A stretch of 64,000 nt of DNA from Longimicrobiales bacterium. GTDB lineage: Bacteria; Gemmatimonadota; Gemmatimonadetes; Longimicrobiales; Gaopeijiaceae. The position numbers and the translations under genes were made by a program. The notes beneath the pieces are model-generated. The model ran no database searches, was not told where the DNA came from, and was given only the letters and a program-made list of their open reading frames with translations. Below, one piece after another: positions 61,510 to 64,000 of this stretch (the stretch's first letter is position 1; every line of letters begins with the position of its first letter). The stretch spans positions 3,008,001 through 3,072,000 of the forward strand of contig OZ241869.1 of the NCBI GenBank assembly GCA_965202805.1, read 5' to 3'.

Positions 61510-63032
61510 CACCCGAACTCCGCGTCGATGCGGCGGGCCACATCTGCGGCGCTCGCGGCGAGCGATTCTCCCCGAACCAGCCGGCGGTCCATGATCTCCA
61601 CCGCCAGCGCCTCGATGCGGGAGAAGTCGCGCACCCGGGCGCCCCACGTCATGCGCGCGCCCTCGACCAGCGCGATGAACGCGGCCTCCACCCCGGTGCC
61701 GTCCGCAGCGGCCATTTCCGCCGCCACATCCGTCCGCGAGGGAATGGCAAGTCCCGACCGCGCCCGTATGCGCTGCGCCTCGGGCGAGGCGAGAAATCCG
61801 GCCAGGTGGATGGCCCGGCGCAGGTTCGGCGCGTTGGGCGCCACGGCCCACCCCGACGCGTAGAGCACGCTGGTCGCCGCCAGCCGGGACGGGTGGTGCG
61901 GGATGGGGACGATGGCCAGGTCCAGACCGCCCGCTTCCACGAGGTCGCGGAAGACGGGGAGCGTCCAGTGGCCCGACAGCAGGAACGCCTGTCCGCCGGA
62001 TGCGAAGCGCGCCTCCCGCGCGGGGTCTCCCTGCTGGACGAACTGCGCGCCCGGGGTGAGGCCGTCCTCCGCCAGGGCCGTGAGGAAGCGGTAGGCTTCG
62101 AGCGCTTCGGGCCCGTCCAGGTAGCCCGCCGTCCCGTCTCCGCCGGGCGCCAGAATGTCACCTCCCGCCGACCACACGAACGGGATCCACTGGTAGAGGT
62201 TGCGCGGGAAGTCGAACCCGAACACGTCGTTGCGACCGTCGGCGTCGGTGTCCGCGACGACCGCCTCGGCGGCCCGCCGGAAGTCCTCCCAGGTCCAGCT
62301 GGAAGGCGGCGTGGCGGGCGATGGTGTTGCAGACGGTGGCCGGGTGGGCGAGGGCAGGGCCTGGGGGGACGTGGCTGGCGACGAAGCGGCGGGCGACGAA
62401 GCGGCTGGCGACGAAGCGGCTGGCGAGGGCGCATTGGGCGGCGCTGTCCCGGATGCTGGCGCCGCCGGCAGAAGGTCTGCAACGCCCGCGGCCGCGAGCA
62501 CCTCCCGATTCGCGTACAGGACCATCGGCGTGAAGTCCTTGGGCAGCGCGAACATGGATTCGCCCCGGCGAAACGCGTCCGCCACCTGCCCGAACACACT
62601 GTCCGGCCGAAAGCCGAGCGCCTCCTGGTATGGCGCGAGGTCCAGCGCCAGCCCGCGCTCCACGAAGGTGGGGATGTCGGGCGAGTCCATGAGGTAGACG
62701 TCGGGCGGGCGCCCGGCCGCCATCGAGGTCAGCAGCCGCTCCTCGTATCCGTTGGGGGCCGATTCGAGCACCACCCGCACGCCGGGGTGCAGGGCCTCGT
62801 AGCGGTCGGCCACCTGCCGCTCGATCTCGAGTTCGTGGCCCCCGGCCCAGAGGGCCACGCGCAACGTGGTGCCCGATTCGCCGGGGGCGCAGGCAGCCGC
62901 CGCGAGAACGAGGATGGAGTGGACCACGGTGATGCAACCGGCGGGCGTCCGGAAGGGCCGGCGCACCTTGTCGGGCGAACGCCTCATCGCCCTCGGCGCT
63001 GATGTGCCGTCCTGCGAGGGGCCGCTCCTCAT
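61506..63032 (-). CDS. Sugar ABC transporter substrate-binding lipoprotein
   Basis: Lipobox AAAC, AAGRPPDV, FALPKD, WTWEDF; ATGA overlap with the ATPase stop. Confidence 0.85.
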   Translation of the reverse strand: MRSGPSQDGTSAPRAMRRSPDKVRRPFRTPAGCITVVHSILVLAAAACAPGESGTTLRVALWAGGHELEIERQVADRYEALHPGVRVVLESAPNGYEERLLTSMAAGRPPDVYLMDSPDIPTFVERGLALDLAPYQEALGFRPDSVFGQVADAFRRGESMFALPKDFTPMVLYANREVLAAAGVADLLPAAPASGTAPPNAPSPAASSPAASSPAASSPATSPQALPSPTRPPSATPSPATPPSSWTWEDFRRAAEAVVADTDADGRNDVFGFDFPRNLYQWIPFVWSAGGDILAPGGDGTAGYLDGPEALEAYRFLTALAEDGLTPGAQFVQQGDPAREARFASGGQAFLLSGHWTLPVFRDLVEAGGLDLAIVPIPHHPSRLAATSVLYASGWAVAPNAPNLRRAIHLAGFLASPEAQRIRARSGLAIPSRTDVAAEMAAADGTGVEAAFIALVEGARMTWGARVRDFSRIEALAVEIMDRRLVRGESLAASAADVARRIDAEFGW

Positions 63033-64000
63033 CGCGAGACCTGCCGCCCCGCCGGTCGCGGCGCGGCCTCCACGCGGCGCCCATCCGGGCCGAAGAGGTG
63101 GCTGCGCTCCCATGCGACGGAGACGCTCACGCGGTCGCCGGGAGCGACCCGCAGGGCCGGGGACGCGCGCACCACCCACGCCGTCTCGCCGGGACCGTCC
63201 AGGTGCACGAGCTGCTCGCTGCCCAGCATCTCCACGCGGAGCACGGTGCCCGGGAAGTCGCCCGACCGGGTCGAGCTGCCTGCCTCGCGCGAGCCGCTGC
63301 CCGTGCTCGAATCGGGCTCTCCACCGGGCGCGTCGCCATCCGCCTCTTGGGGTCCGGTCACCGCGAGATCCTCCGGCCGCACCGCCAGCGTGGCCCGGTC
63401 GAGGCCCGCCAGCCCCGCCAGCGCGAACGGACCGCCCGCGAGGCGCCCTCCGTCGTCGTGGGACAGGGGGATGCGGTTGATGGGCGGCGACCCCACGAAG
63501 CCCGCCACGAACAGGTTGCCGGGCCGGCGGTAGACCTCGTCCGGCGTGCCCACCTGCTGGAGCCGGCCGCGATCCATGACCGCGACCCGCTGGCCCAGCG
63601 ACAGCGCTTCGACCTGGTCGTGGGTCACGAAGATCATCGTCGTGCCCAGGCGCCGGTGCAGGGCGGCGATCTCGTCGCGCGTCCGCAGGCGCAGCTCCGC
63701 GTCCAGGTTCGAGAGCGGCTCGTCGAACAGGAACACGCCCGGATCACGCACCATGGCGCGCCCCAGGGCCACCCGCTGGCGCTGTCCCCCCGACAACTGG
63801 CCGGGCTTCCGCTCGAGCAGCTCGGCGAGCCCGAGCGCGGCGGCTGTCTCCGCGACCCGCCGCTCGAGCTCCGCGCGCGGTGTCCCCCGCATGCGCAGGC
63901 CGAAGCCCAGATTGCGGGCCACGGTCATGTGCGGGTAGAGCGCGTAGCTCTGGAACACCATGGCCACGTCGCGCGCGCCCGGCTCGACCTCGTCCACCCG
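63029..64000 (-). CDS. Sugar ABC transporter ATP-binding protein (MalK/UgpC-like), 5' end outside the window
   Basis: AMVFQSYALYPHM, LSGGQRQRVALGRA, DEPLSNLDA, VTHDQ. Confidence 0.93.
   Translation of the reverse strand, partial: RVDEVEPGARDVAMVFQSYALYPHMTVARNLGFGLRMRGTPRAELERRVAETAAALGLAELLERKPGQLSGGQRQRVALGRAMVRDPGVFLFDEPLSNLDAELRLRTRDEIAALHRRLGTTMIFVTHDQVEALSLGQRVAVMDRGRLQQVGTPDEVYRRPGNLFVAGFVGSPPINRIPLSHDDGGRLAGGPFALAGLAGLDRATLAVRPEDLAVTGPQEADGDAPGGEPDSSTGSGSREAGSSTRSGDFPGTVLRVEMLGSEQLVHLDGPGETAWVVRASPALRVAPGDRVSVSVAWERSHLFGPDGRRVEAAPRPAGRQVSR

Overview
A 64 kb window from a very GC-rich bacterial chromosome with about 40 protein-coding genes. I found no rRNA, tRNA or CRISPR array. Gene content includes paralogous Ig-like/plant-type LRR/zinc-peptidase surface proteins, paralogous VPS10/BNR beta-propeller hydrolases and many lipoproteins and peptidases, which suggests (inference only) a host-associated, possibly sponge-symbiont Gemmatimonadota-like organism. 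Housekeeping or metabolic genes include mpl-ldcA, ggt, thiC, a class III aminotransferase, a sugar ABC operon with a GH63-like hydrolase and an SLC13 permease. Most notable: (1) a lower-GC island at about 36.45-39.73 kb with an N6-adenine methyltransferase convergent on a two-gene, ATGA-coupled PLD (HKD) nuclease module, bracketed by a degenerate direct repeat of the last ~52 codons of the upstream BNR gene and followed by a decayed P4-like tyrosine integrase; (2) a triplicated 19-bp start/stop junction creating two 8-aa mini-ORFs between two ABC permease genes; (3) an AAA+/DUF4143-type protein with a ~420-aa extra C-terminal domain; (4) a soluble GAF-PAS-histidine kinase-receiver-winged-helix fusion. 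All family assignments come from motif recognition by eye, not database searches.
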